Positions 24,153 through 34,790 of a DNA stretch of 35,850 nt are shown one piece after another. A model generated the notes under the pieces. It was not told the origin of the DNA. It searched no databases and worked only from the letters and a program-made list of their open reading frames with translations. This DNA comes from Nemertoderma westbladi. Taxonomy: Eukaryota > Animalia > Xenacoelomorpha. Positions within the stretch are counted from its first letter, which is position 1. Each line of letters starts with the position of its first letter. Location of the stretch: the NCBI GenBank assembly GCA_032718475.1, contig JAUCBJ010006180.1, positions 1-35,850 of the forward strand, read 5' to 3'. Position numbers and translations under genes: made by a program.

Positions 24153-26265
24153 CGAAGTGGGGCCTTCGCGCAGCACGTGACTTAAATTTAATTTAAGTAC
24201 TAATTCGAAAGTATTACTGTATTAGCAAATTTTAAGCAGATTTCGCCTAATCACTTTTTACCTCTTTCATTTCTATTCAGACATTTCTGACTCTAGCGGT
24301 ATAGTGAGAACTGAAGATGGATTAGGGTCTCCAGCCCCACAAAGACACAGCCTATGGATGAATAGTACATACGTACATCGGCCAAGTTTCATCTTGAATA
24401 ACGGATAACGAAATGAGAGACGGATCTCACTTTCAGAAATTTCGTCGTATAGCGGCAGACCGATTAAATCTCCCCCCCCCCCCCCCCCCCCCACAAAGAC
24501 GCAGCATGTGGTCCAGAATATATGGCAAGATTCAGCTTAAACTGATTAAAATCAATGAGACGGGAGAATCTATTCACTTTCAGGCATAAAGTAGTCCTAT
24601 AGCGGGTGACTGTTGAACTGATTTTCAACAAAACAAATTTTCAACTTGGCAGCTTTAAATTCGACAAAGTTATAAGCATGTCAATATCATAACGACGACA
24701 ACGATTTCACTTTCAGACATTTGGCCCTCTAGCGGCAGACTGGAGAACTGCAGATGGATTCGCCTCCTTTGAAAGTCACAGCTAATGGTCTAATACATAT
24801 CTGCCAAGTTTCAGCTTAAACGGATTAAAAGCAAAGAAATGGGAGGGCATTTAATGTTTAGACATGTGGCCCTCTAGCGGGAGACCATTGCACTGATGGT
24901 GTCTGAAAGTCTCTCAAAAATCTCAACTTTAGCTCATATTGATACCTAGAAATTTTCAACTTGGCAGCTTTAAATCCGACAAAGTTATTAGCATGTCAAA
25001 ATCGTAACGACGACAACGATTTCACTTTCAGACCTTTGGCCCTCTAGCGGCAGACTGGAGAACTGCAGATGGATTCGCCTCCTTTGAAAGTCACAGCTAA
25101 TGGTCTAATACATATCTGCCAAGTTTCAGCTTAAACGGATTAAAAGCAAAGAAATGGGAGGGCATTTAATGTTTAGACATGTGGCCCTCTAGCGGGAGAC
25201 CATTGCACTGATGGTGTCTGAAAGTCTCTCAAAAATCTCAACTTTAGCTCATATTGATACCTAGAAATTTTCAACTTGGCAGCTTTAAATCCGACAAAGT
25301 TATTAGCATGTCAAAATCGTAACGACGACAACGATTTCACTTTCAGACCTTTGGCCCTCTAGCGGCAGACTGGAGAACTGCAGATGGATTCGCCTCCTTT
25401 GAAAGTCACAGCTAATGGTCTAATACATATCTGCCAAGTTTCAGCTTAAACGGATTAAAAGCAAAGAAATGGGAGGGCATTTAATGTTTAGACATGTGGC
25501 CCTCTAGCGGGAGACCATTGCACTGATGGTGTCTGAAAGTCTCTCAAAAATCTCAACTTTTGCTCATATTGATACCTACAAATTTTCAACTTGGCAGCTT
25601 TAAATCCGACAAAGTTATTAGCATGTCAAAATCGTAACGACGACAACGATTTCACTTTCAGACCTTTGGCCCTCTAGCGGCAGACTGGAGAACTGCAGAT
25701 GGATTCGCCTCCTTTGAAAGTCACAGCTAATGGTCTAATACATATCTGCCAAGTTTCAGCTTAAACGGATTAAAAGCAAAGAAATGGGAGGGCATTTAAT
25801 GTTTAGACATGTGGCCCTCTAGCGGGAGACCATTGCACTGATGGTGTCTGAAAGTCTCTCAAAAATCTCAACTTTTGCTCATATTGATACCTACAAATTT
25901 TCAACTTGGCAGCTTTAAATCCGACAAAGTTATTAGCATGTCAAAATCGTAACGACGACAACGATTTCACTTTCAGACCTTTGGCCCTCTAGCGGCAGAC
26001 TGGAGAACTGCAGATGGATTCGCCTCCTTTGAAAGTCACAGCTAATGGTCTAATACATATCTGCCAAGTTTCAGCTTAAACGGATTAAAAGCAAAGAAAT
26101 GGGAGGGCATTTAATGTTTAGACATGTGGCCCTCTAGCGGGAGACCATTGCACGGATGGTGTCTGAAAGTCTCTCAAAAATCTCAACTTTTGCTCATATT
26201 GATACCTACAAATTTTCAACTTAGCAGCTTTAAATCCGACAAAGTTATTAGCATGTCAAAATCGT

Positions 26266-26297
<32 letters not shown>

Positions 26298-26400
26298 AAC
26301 GACGACGACGACGACGACGACAACTATTTGCATAAATTGACCCACCCCCTAACAGTGTCAATTCGCTAAGGCTCCGCCAACTTCGTGGCTCGCCCCACAT
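24150..26400 (-). mobile_element. Helentron-associated non-autonomous element (HINE/DINE-1/pearl-like) with amplified core repeats
   Basis: Ends acacgaagtggggccttcgcgcagcacg (terminal hairpin) and ttcgtggctcgccccaca; (GAC)n microsatellite 26266-26322 next to one end; central 315-bp tandem array; same family as 32827-33345. Confidence 0.8.
24635..26265. repeat. 315-bp tandem array, about 5.2 near-identical copies, each a dimer of 145+170-bp subunits
   Basis: ttggccctctagcggcagac at 24721, 25036, 25351, 25666, 25981; second tggccctctagcgggagac 145 bp into each unit. Confidence 0.95.
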
Positions 26401-26639
26401 ATAATAACAGAATAAGTAATAGGCCATAGGCAATAATAGATAGGCAAAAGGCCTATCGGTACGAATACTGAAACTGAGGTAGGCCTATTACAGTATATGT
26501 ATATCATATCGGTACGAAACGTAGTAACAGAATACGTTGTTCTCAAGGCAATAGGCCTAACGGTGCGAATACTGTAACTGAAGCATGGCAACTGACCAAA
26601 TGCCTAGTTAATAGAAAATATATGGTGCTGGAATAATTT

Positions 26640-26866
26640 TTTTAGGTTGACAAGTAATTAATTATTTTTGGGGGTTGAATAATTGTTTTTGGGGGTAGAA
26701 TAATGAATAATTGTTTTTGGGGGATGAATAATTGTTTTTGGGGAATCAAATATTGTTTTTGGGGACGAATAATTGTTTTTGGTGAGTAGGATATTCAAAT
26801 TTGGGGGATGCGAATTGGTGCTACAAAAATATATATTTGGTGCAAAATAATTTATTTTGGTGTTAA
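26640..26866. repeat. Degenerate 21-bp tandem repeat, inverted relative of the 23222-23575 array
   Basis: Units like aattgtttttgggggatgaat; ends tttattttggtgttaa, mirroring ttagcaccaaaataaa at 23180. Confidence 0.65.
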
Positions 26867-26975
26867 ACCATCTGATTTGGGGTGGCATTCAATTAGTGGC
26901 GTAATAATAATAACTATAAACTTTCAAGGCGTACTATAAAAGACCATGTGGTATGTAACTGGTGGCCGACACTGA

Positions 26976-27101
26976 GGGCCAGTTTTTCCTAGGATTAATT
27001 TTATAACTGCTATTAGTAATAACTTTTGTTAACGGTATATTTAAAATCATTAAAGTTATTTAGTAAGTAGTAAAAAATTAAACATAAGAAAAACTGGTCC
27101 A
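26976..27101. mobile_element. Possible small MITE
   Basis: ggccagtttttcct versus aagaaaaactggtcc as imperfect 14-bp TIRs; TSD not clear. Confidence 0.35.
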
Positions 27102-27188
27102 AAGTTGCCTTTAAGTCTCGGCCCGCAGTGTCATAATCAAAGCCTGTCAAAATTTGATTGCAAGTTAAATACTTTCAATGTGGGATCA

Positions 27189-27545
27189 ACTAGGATCAAA
27201 GTTCACCTAGTTAGGATCTAAGCTCACCTAGTTAGGATCTAAGTTCACGACCTAGTTAGGATCAAAGTTCACCTAGTTAGGATCTAAGTTCACGACCTAG
27301 TTAGAATCAAAGTTCACCTAGTTAGGATCTAAGTTCACCCAAATAGGATCAAAGTTCACCTAGTTAGGATCTAAGTTCACCCAAATAGGATCAAAGTTCA
27401 CCTAGTTAGGATCTAAGCTCACCTAGTTAGGATCTAAGTTCACGACCTAGTTAGGATCAAAGTTCACCTAGTTAGGATCTAAGTTCACCCAAATAGGATC
27501 AAAGTTCACCTAGTTAGGATCTAAGTTCACCCAGATAGGATATAT
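27189..27545. repeat. 21/24-bp tandem repeat, about 16 copies
   Basis: Unit cctagttaggatc(a/t)aagttca with +cga and ccaaatagg variants. Confidence 0.9.
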
Positions 27546-28290
27546 GTTCGCAAAGTTATAAGTTCATCAAAGCCAGGCCTTTGCAGGATCTAAGTTTGTT
27601 TTACCTTCTTGCGGTATTGTTTTGGTCAGTTCATCCGTTCAGTTGGTTATGAAAACCGCCTCTGAATCTGAAACCTGCTCCTTCCCCTCAATTTGCAATT
27701 AGTACGGTATTGGTAACGATAGGCCTATCTTCCACCTCCACTCAACGTTACAGTTACAGTAGTTTATTGTTTAGGCAGTTAGGTTAATCAGTTAATAGAA
27801 AAGAAAAGAATGCCTCAAATTCAGTGTAATTCTGTAATTGCCTCTGTCAGTCTGTCTTTCTGTAAGCGTAAGGTAACCTGTAACCTGCCAATTTCCCTTA
27901 ATTAAGTACAGAAGTAGGCCTACAGCAGTAATGAATTACAATTATGGTACCGTGGTTACCTACTTGCCTACCGCACACGCCGTACCGCAGTACCGGTACA
28001 GCCAGACAGCGGTACGCGTACAGTACAAACAGTAGTTTGTAGGTAGGCCTACAGCAGTGTACAGGTATGTGGTATGCTGGCGCCTGGCTGCCTGGCGAAG
28101 CCGAGGGGTTGTACAATACACTGCTGCACTGCCCATGCTGACATGCATAGGGCCTATTGCTGTATTGCATACCGGCAGACCGGACAATTCGATCTAATTA
28201 ATACAGTAATATGTAGGTGTGTAGGTCTGCTGGGACAGAATTGTCAGTACTACTGCAGTACTGCTGTTGCTGTACTGACTGACTGACCTG

Positions 28291-28545
28291 GGTATAATTG
28301 GTTTCCGCACCGTGGCATGGCATTTGTGGTTTTTGATCACTTAACGATCACTTAACTAATTGAGGGAAAGGAGCAGGTTACAGAGGCGGGATTTTCTAAC
28401 CAAAACAATAAACGATCACTTAACTACCGGTAATTGAGGGAAAGGAGCAGGTTACAGAGGCGGGCTTTTCTAACCAAAACAATAAACGGTCACTTTACCA
28501 AATCAGGGAAAGGGAAAACGACGGGTGCGGAAACCAAGTAGAACC
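28291..28545. mobile_element. MITE with about 24-bp TIRs and 9-bp TSD (MULE-like)
   Basis: ggtataattggtttccgcaccgt / acgggtgcggaaaccaagtagaacc; flanks actgacctg (28282-28290) and accgacctg (28546-28554); interior is a tandem pair of the shared module. Confidence 0.7.
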
Positions 28546-28561
28546 ACCGACCTGACCGCGA

Positions 28562-29370
28562 TCGGTGTATCAGATAGGCCTAAATTTCACCCCCCTAAAA
28601 AATTCACCCCCCGGTTAAACAGTTGAAATTCCCTAGTGTATTTTCTCACCCCCCGGTTAGAACTTAGAATTCACTGGCTGACTGGGGTATTTTAACCGGC
28701 TGACCGGGGGTGAAACTACTCTGGGTGATCAGTGATTTTTTAGTGAAATATAACCCCACTCACTGCCTCAGTGCACAGTGTATTCTTACCCCCGTGATAT
28801 TTTACACTTCAATAGGCCTATAATTTAAATTGAATAGGCCTACCAAGCCTACAGATAAGACCACATATACCTCTAGTACAGTAGTACACAGACAAACACA
28901 GCCTGGAGATTTATATATTGTAAAGTAGGCCTACTCTGAAATACACTGGGTGTAGTGAGAATACACTAGGAAAATTAAACCGGGGATGGATTTGCCAGAT
29001 AGGGGGGGGGGGGGGGGGGGGGGGGGGTGAATTTGACGAATAAAAATTCATACCTCTCCAAGCCAAGGGGGATTCTGAAATTGGACGCAAATAACAGTTG
29101 ATTACTCTCAAAAATACAACTGTAACCTGTTCTATAATCTATTGTGTTTAGTTTATTGTTTTGGTTAAATTAACGTGCCACTGTACCGGTAACCTGCTCC
29201 TTTCCCTAAATTGAGAATGAAAATTGATAAATGCAGGGTTGAGTTTTCACTGGAGGGGGTTAAAATACACTAGGGAAATTACACCCCGGGAGTGAGAATA
29301 CACTAGGGAATTTTAACCGGGGGGTATTTTGCAAGGGGCAGAGGGGAGTGAAAATTATCTGTTACACCGG
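28562..29370. mobile_element. MITE of the CCGGTGTAACAG-terminus family with subterminal repeats
   Basis: tcggtgtatcagata..aatttcac versus gtgaaaattatctgttacaccgg; ttccctagtgtattttctcac mirrored by gtgagaatacactagggaa; GA on both flanks; ends 122 bp before the RPL10 ATG. Confidence 0.7.
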
Positions 29371-29492
29371 GACGGAATTTCCCCTCATCCAGACATCCTT
29401 TCAACCTTAAAAACTTGCTATTTACCTAACTCTAACCAACAGTTTGTAGCTCTGTAGCTGATTATCATATTTCACTATTTTGAATTCCAAAA

Positions 29493-30143
29493 ATGGGACG
29501 ACGACCCGCGCGTTGCTACCGATACTGCAAGAATAAACCGTACCCGAAGTCGCGATTCTGTCGCGGAGTTCCCGACCCCAAGATCAGAATCTACGACCTC
29601 GGAAAGAAACGAGCGCGTGTCGACGAATTCCCTCTGTGCGTCCACATGATATCCGGAGAGTTCGAGCAGCTGTCTTCGGAGGCCTTGGAGGCGGGTCGTA
29701 TCTGCGCCAATAAATACCTCGTAAAGCACTGCGGTAAGGACGCCTTCCATTTGCGCATTCGCGCTCATCCCTTCCACGTAGTTCGCATCAATAAAATGTT
29801 GTCTTGCGCCGGGGCGGATAGACTGCAGACGGGGATGAGAGGCGCCTTCGGGAAGCCACAGGGCCTCGTCGCGCGGGTCAACATCGGCCAACCCATAATG
29901 AGTGTCAGAGTGAAGGAACAACACAAAGATGTTGTCCTTGAGTCGTTTAGACGCGCCAAGTTTAAGTTCCCTGGACGCCAGAAGGTTGTTATCAGTAAGA
30001 ACCACGGGTTCACTAAGTTAGAACGCCAGCGGTACCTCGATCTAAAAGCAGAAGAAAGAATCGTACCGGATGGCGTTTCCTGCAAAGTCGTTATGAATAA
30101 AGGGAAGTTGGATGTGTGGAGGAGTCAGTATGGGAAACTATGA
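29493..30143 (+). CDS. RPL10: 60S ribosomal protein L10 (uL16/QM), 216 aa, single uninterrupted ORF
   Basis: [37 protein letters not shown] and [25 protein letters not shown] signatures; full length; aaaATGg context. Confidence 0.98.
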   Translation: MGRRPARCYRYCKNKPYPKSRFCRGVPDPKIRIYDLGKKRARVDEFPLCVHMISGEFEQLSSEALEAGRICANKYLVKHCGKDAFHLRIRAHPFHVVRINKMLSCAGADRLQTGMRGAFGKPQGLVARVNIGQPIMSVRVKEQHKDVVLESFRRAKFKFPGRQKVVISKNHGFTKLERQRYLDLKAEERIVPDGVSCKVVMNKGKLDVWRSQYGKL

Positions 30144-31924
30144 TAGTTGGGTGGTTGTAGCATGTTAATCGAACTCGCTCTGTTTATGGCTTTTGATTTC
30201 TCGTGCAAACAGACTTAGGGCTAGTTGTAACTATGTTATATACTTGTGCCTAGTAATAATAATATATAATATAAAAAATTAAGAATGTGTTTCTACATTA
30301 TGATTTCTTTCTTATGAATCAATTGATGTTATATCAGTATATCTCTCTCTAAAATTGGTCTTTCACGCATATTCAGTCTGAAAACCAGCATATTTTTTTT
30401 TAGAAAAAATAAAACCCAAAAGCTCTTATTGCCTGATTTCAATCCTCAACGAAGTTCCATCCCGTACGTACTGAGGTTCGCAATGGGTAGAGACACCTAG
30501 TTCGTGAAGCTTTACCATACTGTTCAATAGTTACTTACACCATTCCAAAAACATAGTTAACTTGCGTTTTCGAGTATCGAATTTCGTATCGCAAAATAGA
30601 TATTGGCTTTCGTATCCAATAATAATACGAGCGCAGTATTTAATTTTCGTATTTCGAATCATATTTTGTTTTCGACTTTTAATGGTAAGTCTGATTTTGA
30701 AACATTTTCATGTAAATTTATTGCATCAAATTATCCACCCCCCCCCCCCCCCCACACACCCACAGCGATCGACTGGAATTTAAAGTTTAGGTAGTTTTTA
30801 ACTGCCAACTTCTTTACTGGTTCAGCCAGAGATCGAAACCGAGAATAACAATTCTGGCTCACCCAGAAAGAAATCGGGAGGTCCAACTAACTGTAATTCA
30901 ATTTCCATGCACAATCTCCTTACAATTTGTAGAAAATTGGTGGGCAAGCCATTGAATTAAGCCACTATATTATATTCCATTTCTCGTATCGTATCTTGGA
31001 TTTTTCAATCTTTTGCGTAATTATTTTCAACAATTTTCTTAATTGCATCAAATACCTTCCCACCTTTTTTTAGGGCTAAAAATCCCCATGCGAGGGCTGA
31101 TTGTATGTAGTACCTACTGTATTTCACTGCCTTTGTTTGTGTATCTTCCGTATATTTCATGTATCCTTTTTATGGATTGAAACAAATATTGTATTAGCCA
31201 ATGCAGAGTACAGTTAAGTTACTTTATTACTCATTAGCTGAAGTACTGTTGTAGTACTCTACTCACATTATTCTAGTTTAGTATTAGTCTAGTATTCCTC
31301 ATTAAACATGTTGTGGAGCTTCACACATCATCTACTATTACGTTACTATATTATATATTTTCTTACATTATGTCAACTTAACAGCGTTCTGGTGAATTAC
31401 TCGTAACGCTGCAAAGTACTACTTTGTATCGTTGCGGCCTATAGGACGGACGCTGCAAAGTAATCAATACCATGGAAACAACTTAAATTACTGTATTCCA
31501 GAATGTATTATTTCCCTTTATATTAATGCGTGCTTCTTTGTTCAATAAAGCAGCACGTGTTTGCATAATGCGTGCGTCCAGTTTGAAGTGACGGGACTAG
31601 TTACTGTATGTAAATAATTATTGTTTAACGTGTAAGACTGAGCAAAGAAAATATGGCGACAGTGTTCAGTAAAACTGAACGGACACAGACGGTGACTCAG
31701 TTTGCTTCAGTCGACGATGAATCAAAGATTTATCACATCCAAGCAGTAGATAACAACAGTAAAGTTTAATTAGATATAAATATATAGTACCGGTACCTGT
31801 TAATAATTTTTAATAATATTCGAAATAGTACAAAATTAAAATATTCAAATGAGCATCCATAAAATCCTTTCTTCACATACCGAACGCTGATAAGTTGACA
31901 TCATGTAACAAAATTACATACATC

Positions 31925-32052
31925 ATTGCTTGCAAAGGTCACTTTTCAGCGTTAAAAATACCCTTGTTTATTGATGTAAACCTCCCTCGCTGCGCTCGCT
32001 CGGTACATAAATAAACTCGAGTCATAACGCTGCAAAGTGCTACTTTGCACAG
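31925..32052 (+). repeat. Dispersed unclassified repeat; inverted copy at 35727-35850
   Basis: ttgcttgcaaaggtcacttttcagcgtt..ctccctcgctgcgctcgctcggtac..gcaaagtgctactttgcaca; its end motif taacgctgcaaagtactactttg also at about 31404. Confidence 0.8.
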
Positions 32053-32095
32053 AATGATATAAATAGTTAATATATATATATATTACTTATATATT

Positions 32096-32350
32096 AAGAA
32101 TGCTGTGCCGGTTTGTCGACAAAATTGTGCCGCCACAACTCCCTATCACCCATGACATTTGCTAGATCATCCGCATCTTCACGGCCGGTGTCCTTTAAGA
32201 TGCGTCTCAAGAAAGTCATGGGCTGTCCACCAAGCTTATTCACTCAATGAGGCCGTCCAAGCACAAGATTATGCACGACTGGTCCACACGGCGAAAGCAA
32301 TGTCCTGCTAAGCGGAGGCGGTTCCGTTCAAGTGTCAATCTTTGGGGGAG
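32096..32350 (-). mobile_element. 5'-truncated, frameshifted non-LTR retrotransposon 3' end (RTE-like)
   Basis: Minus-strand peptides RNRLRLAGHCFRR and, in another frame, GGQPMTFLRRILKDTG..LANVMGDRELWR..stop match the conserved C-terminus of RTE-type ORFs. Confidence 0.7.
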
Positions 32351-32826
32351 TTTAGGTGAATTATTAGAGTTAATTCTCACCTCGTGTAATGTGAGGTTTT
32401 TACAGAAATTTGTAAAGAATGTACTTTCCATAATCCAGATGTGTTATTTGGATAACTTCCTTCGTTCAGGTTCAAGGTGGATGGCAGAATCATCCCTGCT
32501 CATCTGCTGCCATGGTATCTACGGTAGTAGACTTGGCGTGAGTTGTTCAGACCTAGATACCAAGCGAGAGTTTGTAAACCTTTAGGATTACTGGTCAAAG
32601 GGGTTCTAGTAGCTCTGGATCTTTGTGAAAACTCAGCTGGTTTCGTCTTTAACTTCACATATATTGTCAATAAACAGTATAATGTTAAGTATGTTACAGA
32701 TAGATAACACTAGCTAATGCCCCAAGTCCGGGCTCATGCGAAGTAATGGCACCGCGCAGGCTGAATACTATAAGTCGGTCTTTGTACCGTAATAATTATG
32801 GGTCTGCTAATGCTGCGTTTACCATA

Positions 32827-33345
32827 ACACGAAGTGGGGACTTCGCGCAGCACGAAGTTGGCAGAGCCTTAGCGAATTGACACTGTTAGGGGGTAGGTCA
32901 ATTTATGCAAATAGTCAGGTTGGCCCTCTAGCGGCAGACTGGAGAACTGCAGATGGATTCGCCTCCTTTGAAAGTCACAGCTAATGGTCTAATACATATC
33001 TGCCAAGTTTCAGCTTAAACGGATTAAAAGCAAAGAAATGGGAGGGCATTTAATGTTTAGACATGTGGCCCTCTAGCGGGAGACCATTGCACTGATGGTG
33101 TCTGAAAGTCTCTCAAAAATCTCAACTTTTGCTCATATTGATACCTACAAATTTTCAACTTGGCAGCTTTAAATCCGACAAAGTTATTAGCATGTCAAAA
33201 TCGTAACGACGACGACGACGACAACGACGACGACGACGACGACAACGACGACGACGACGACGACGACAACTATTTGCATAAATTGACCCACCCCCTAACA
33301 GTGTCAATTCGCTAAGGCTCCGCCAACTTCGTGGCTCGCCCCACA
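32827..33345 (-). mobile_element. Complete HINE-like element with one core unit
   Basis: Same ends as 24150-26400; 65-bp subterminal inverted repeats 32851-32915 and 33269-33333; (GAC)n microsatellite; core nearly identical to the 315-bp unit. Confidence 0.85.
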
Positions 33346-33401
33346 ATAATGAACCAATGAACTACCCAGCATATCCCAGGATTTTCTTCTACAGTACAGT
33401 A

Positions 33402-33768
33402 CCGGTGTAACAGGCAGATATAACTCCCCGCCAAATATGACTCCCCCCATCTTTTCAGCCTAGGCTGAGAACAATCCCCAGTCTTCTCAGACTAGGCTGA
33501 GAACATTCCCCTTATTTCTCCCTAGATTTCTTAATCAACGGAAAGGAGCAGGTTACGGTGGCGGGCTTTTCTAACCAAAACAATAAACGATATCTCAATA
33601 ACATAGGTTACAGTTTTATTTTTGCAATATACGAAAATAACACATGTACGGATATTAATTATAACTCAATTAGGGGAGTCATCTCAGCCTAAGGGCAGTG
33701 TTCTCAGCCTAGCCTGAGATAACTGGGGAGTCATTTCAAGAGGGAGTTATCTCAGCCTTGTACACAGG
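33402..33768. mobile_element. MITE of the CCGGTGTAACAG-terminus family, TA flanks
   Basis: TA|ccggtgtaacaggcagatataactccc versus gggagttatctcagccttgtacacagg|TA; internal tcagcctaggctgag palindromes and the shared module at about 33540-33620. Confidence 0.7.
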
Positions 33769-34170
33769 TAGGCCTACTAATAAAGTCAGAAAAATGAAAG
33801 GTTTTCGGGATACGTTCTACACACTAATCATCGGAGACAACCCATAGCTCCTTTCTCGTGGCTGTTGCATGTAAGTCTGGGAGGGCGCCACACTAACTCC
33901 CAAGGGAGAACTCTCAGTAATTATTACGACCCAACTGTTGTTTTCTACCCACTAAATCGGTCAATACGGTTAGATTAAATTAATGATTAAATATGATTAA
34001 TGATTAATATTAGATTAAATACGGTTAGAATGAGCCTAGCAACAGAGTAGGAGTGCAACATAAATTCCATGGTTCTACCAAGAGGGACCAGCAAAATAAA
34101 TAAATAGCCCTATTGGCATCTTCAATCAACAAATGAAAGCATAAAAAATCGATAGTATTTAGGGAAACAT

Positions 34171-34573
34171 AATAAAGGAAGGATGAGATGATCTTTAGGT
34201 GCCGCTGTAATTATATTATATAAATGCCAGATATTTCAACCCAAAATTGTAAATGTGGACAAATACAATTAAACAGGCCTTCTTCAGTGGCTCTGGTACC
34301 TAATGTACCTAACTACAGAAACTCTACAACACGACCAGAGCGCAGAACAAATAGTACGGTACTGCTCTGGTCGTGTTGTAGAGTTTCTGTAGTTAGGTAC
34401 ATTAGGTACCAGAGCCATCTGAAGAAGGCCTGTTTAATTGTAATTGTCCACATTTACAATTTTGGGTTGAAATATTTGGCATTTATAATATAATTACAGC
34501 GGCACCTAAAGATCATCTCATCCTTCCTTTATTATGCATACGACGGTGCTCAGGGCGAGGAATTACTTCAAAC
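34171..34573 (+). mobile_element. Penelope-like insertion: inverted pseudo-LTR pair, short 3' tail, 14-bp TSD
   Basis: Arms 34168-34341 and 34364-34536 almost perfectly inverted; 37-bp unpaired tail; atttagggaaacat at 34157-34170 and 34574-34587; hammerhead motif in each arm. Confidence 0.75.
34226..34291 (-). ncRNA. Minimal type-I hammerhead ribozyme motif (mirror copy at 34414-34480 on +)
   Basis: Minus strand gcca-CTGAAGA-aggcc..aattgta..tacaatt..ggtt-GAAA-ta-TC-tggc: stem I gcca/tggc, extended stem II, AUC triplet. Confidence 0.7.
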
Positions 34574-34674
34574 ATTTAGGGAAACATTTACTTCCTACGT
34601 ACTGTATTTATATTTCGATCCCCATCCACTCACTATAAGAGTATCACATTATGTTCCTGTTGTTCAAGAACTAC

Positions 34675-34757
34675 TGTGGGGCGAGACACGTAGTCGGCGA
34701 GCCTTTGCATACGGTTCATATAGGGCAAATGGGGCATGTCCGTCTGTCTGTCCGTCT

Positions 34758-34790
<33 letters not shown>

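Noticed and set aside
29475-30085. Antisense ORFs over RPL10 (and similar ones over INTS11 and the ABTB gene)
   Set aside because: Shadow frames of conserved coding sequence with no recognisable domains.
6994-30753. Long poly-G/C runs (6994, 9042, 23777, 24472, 29002, 30737) as a G-quadruplex system
   Set aside because: Mostly inside repeat elements, length differs between paired arms, and homopolymer length is unreliable in assemblies.
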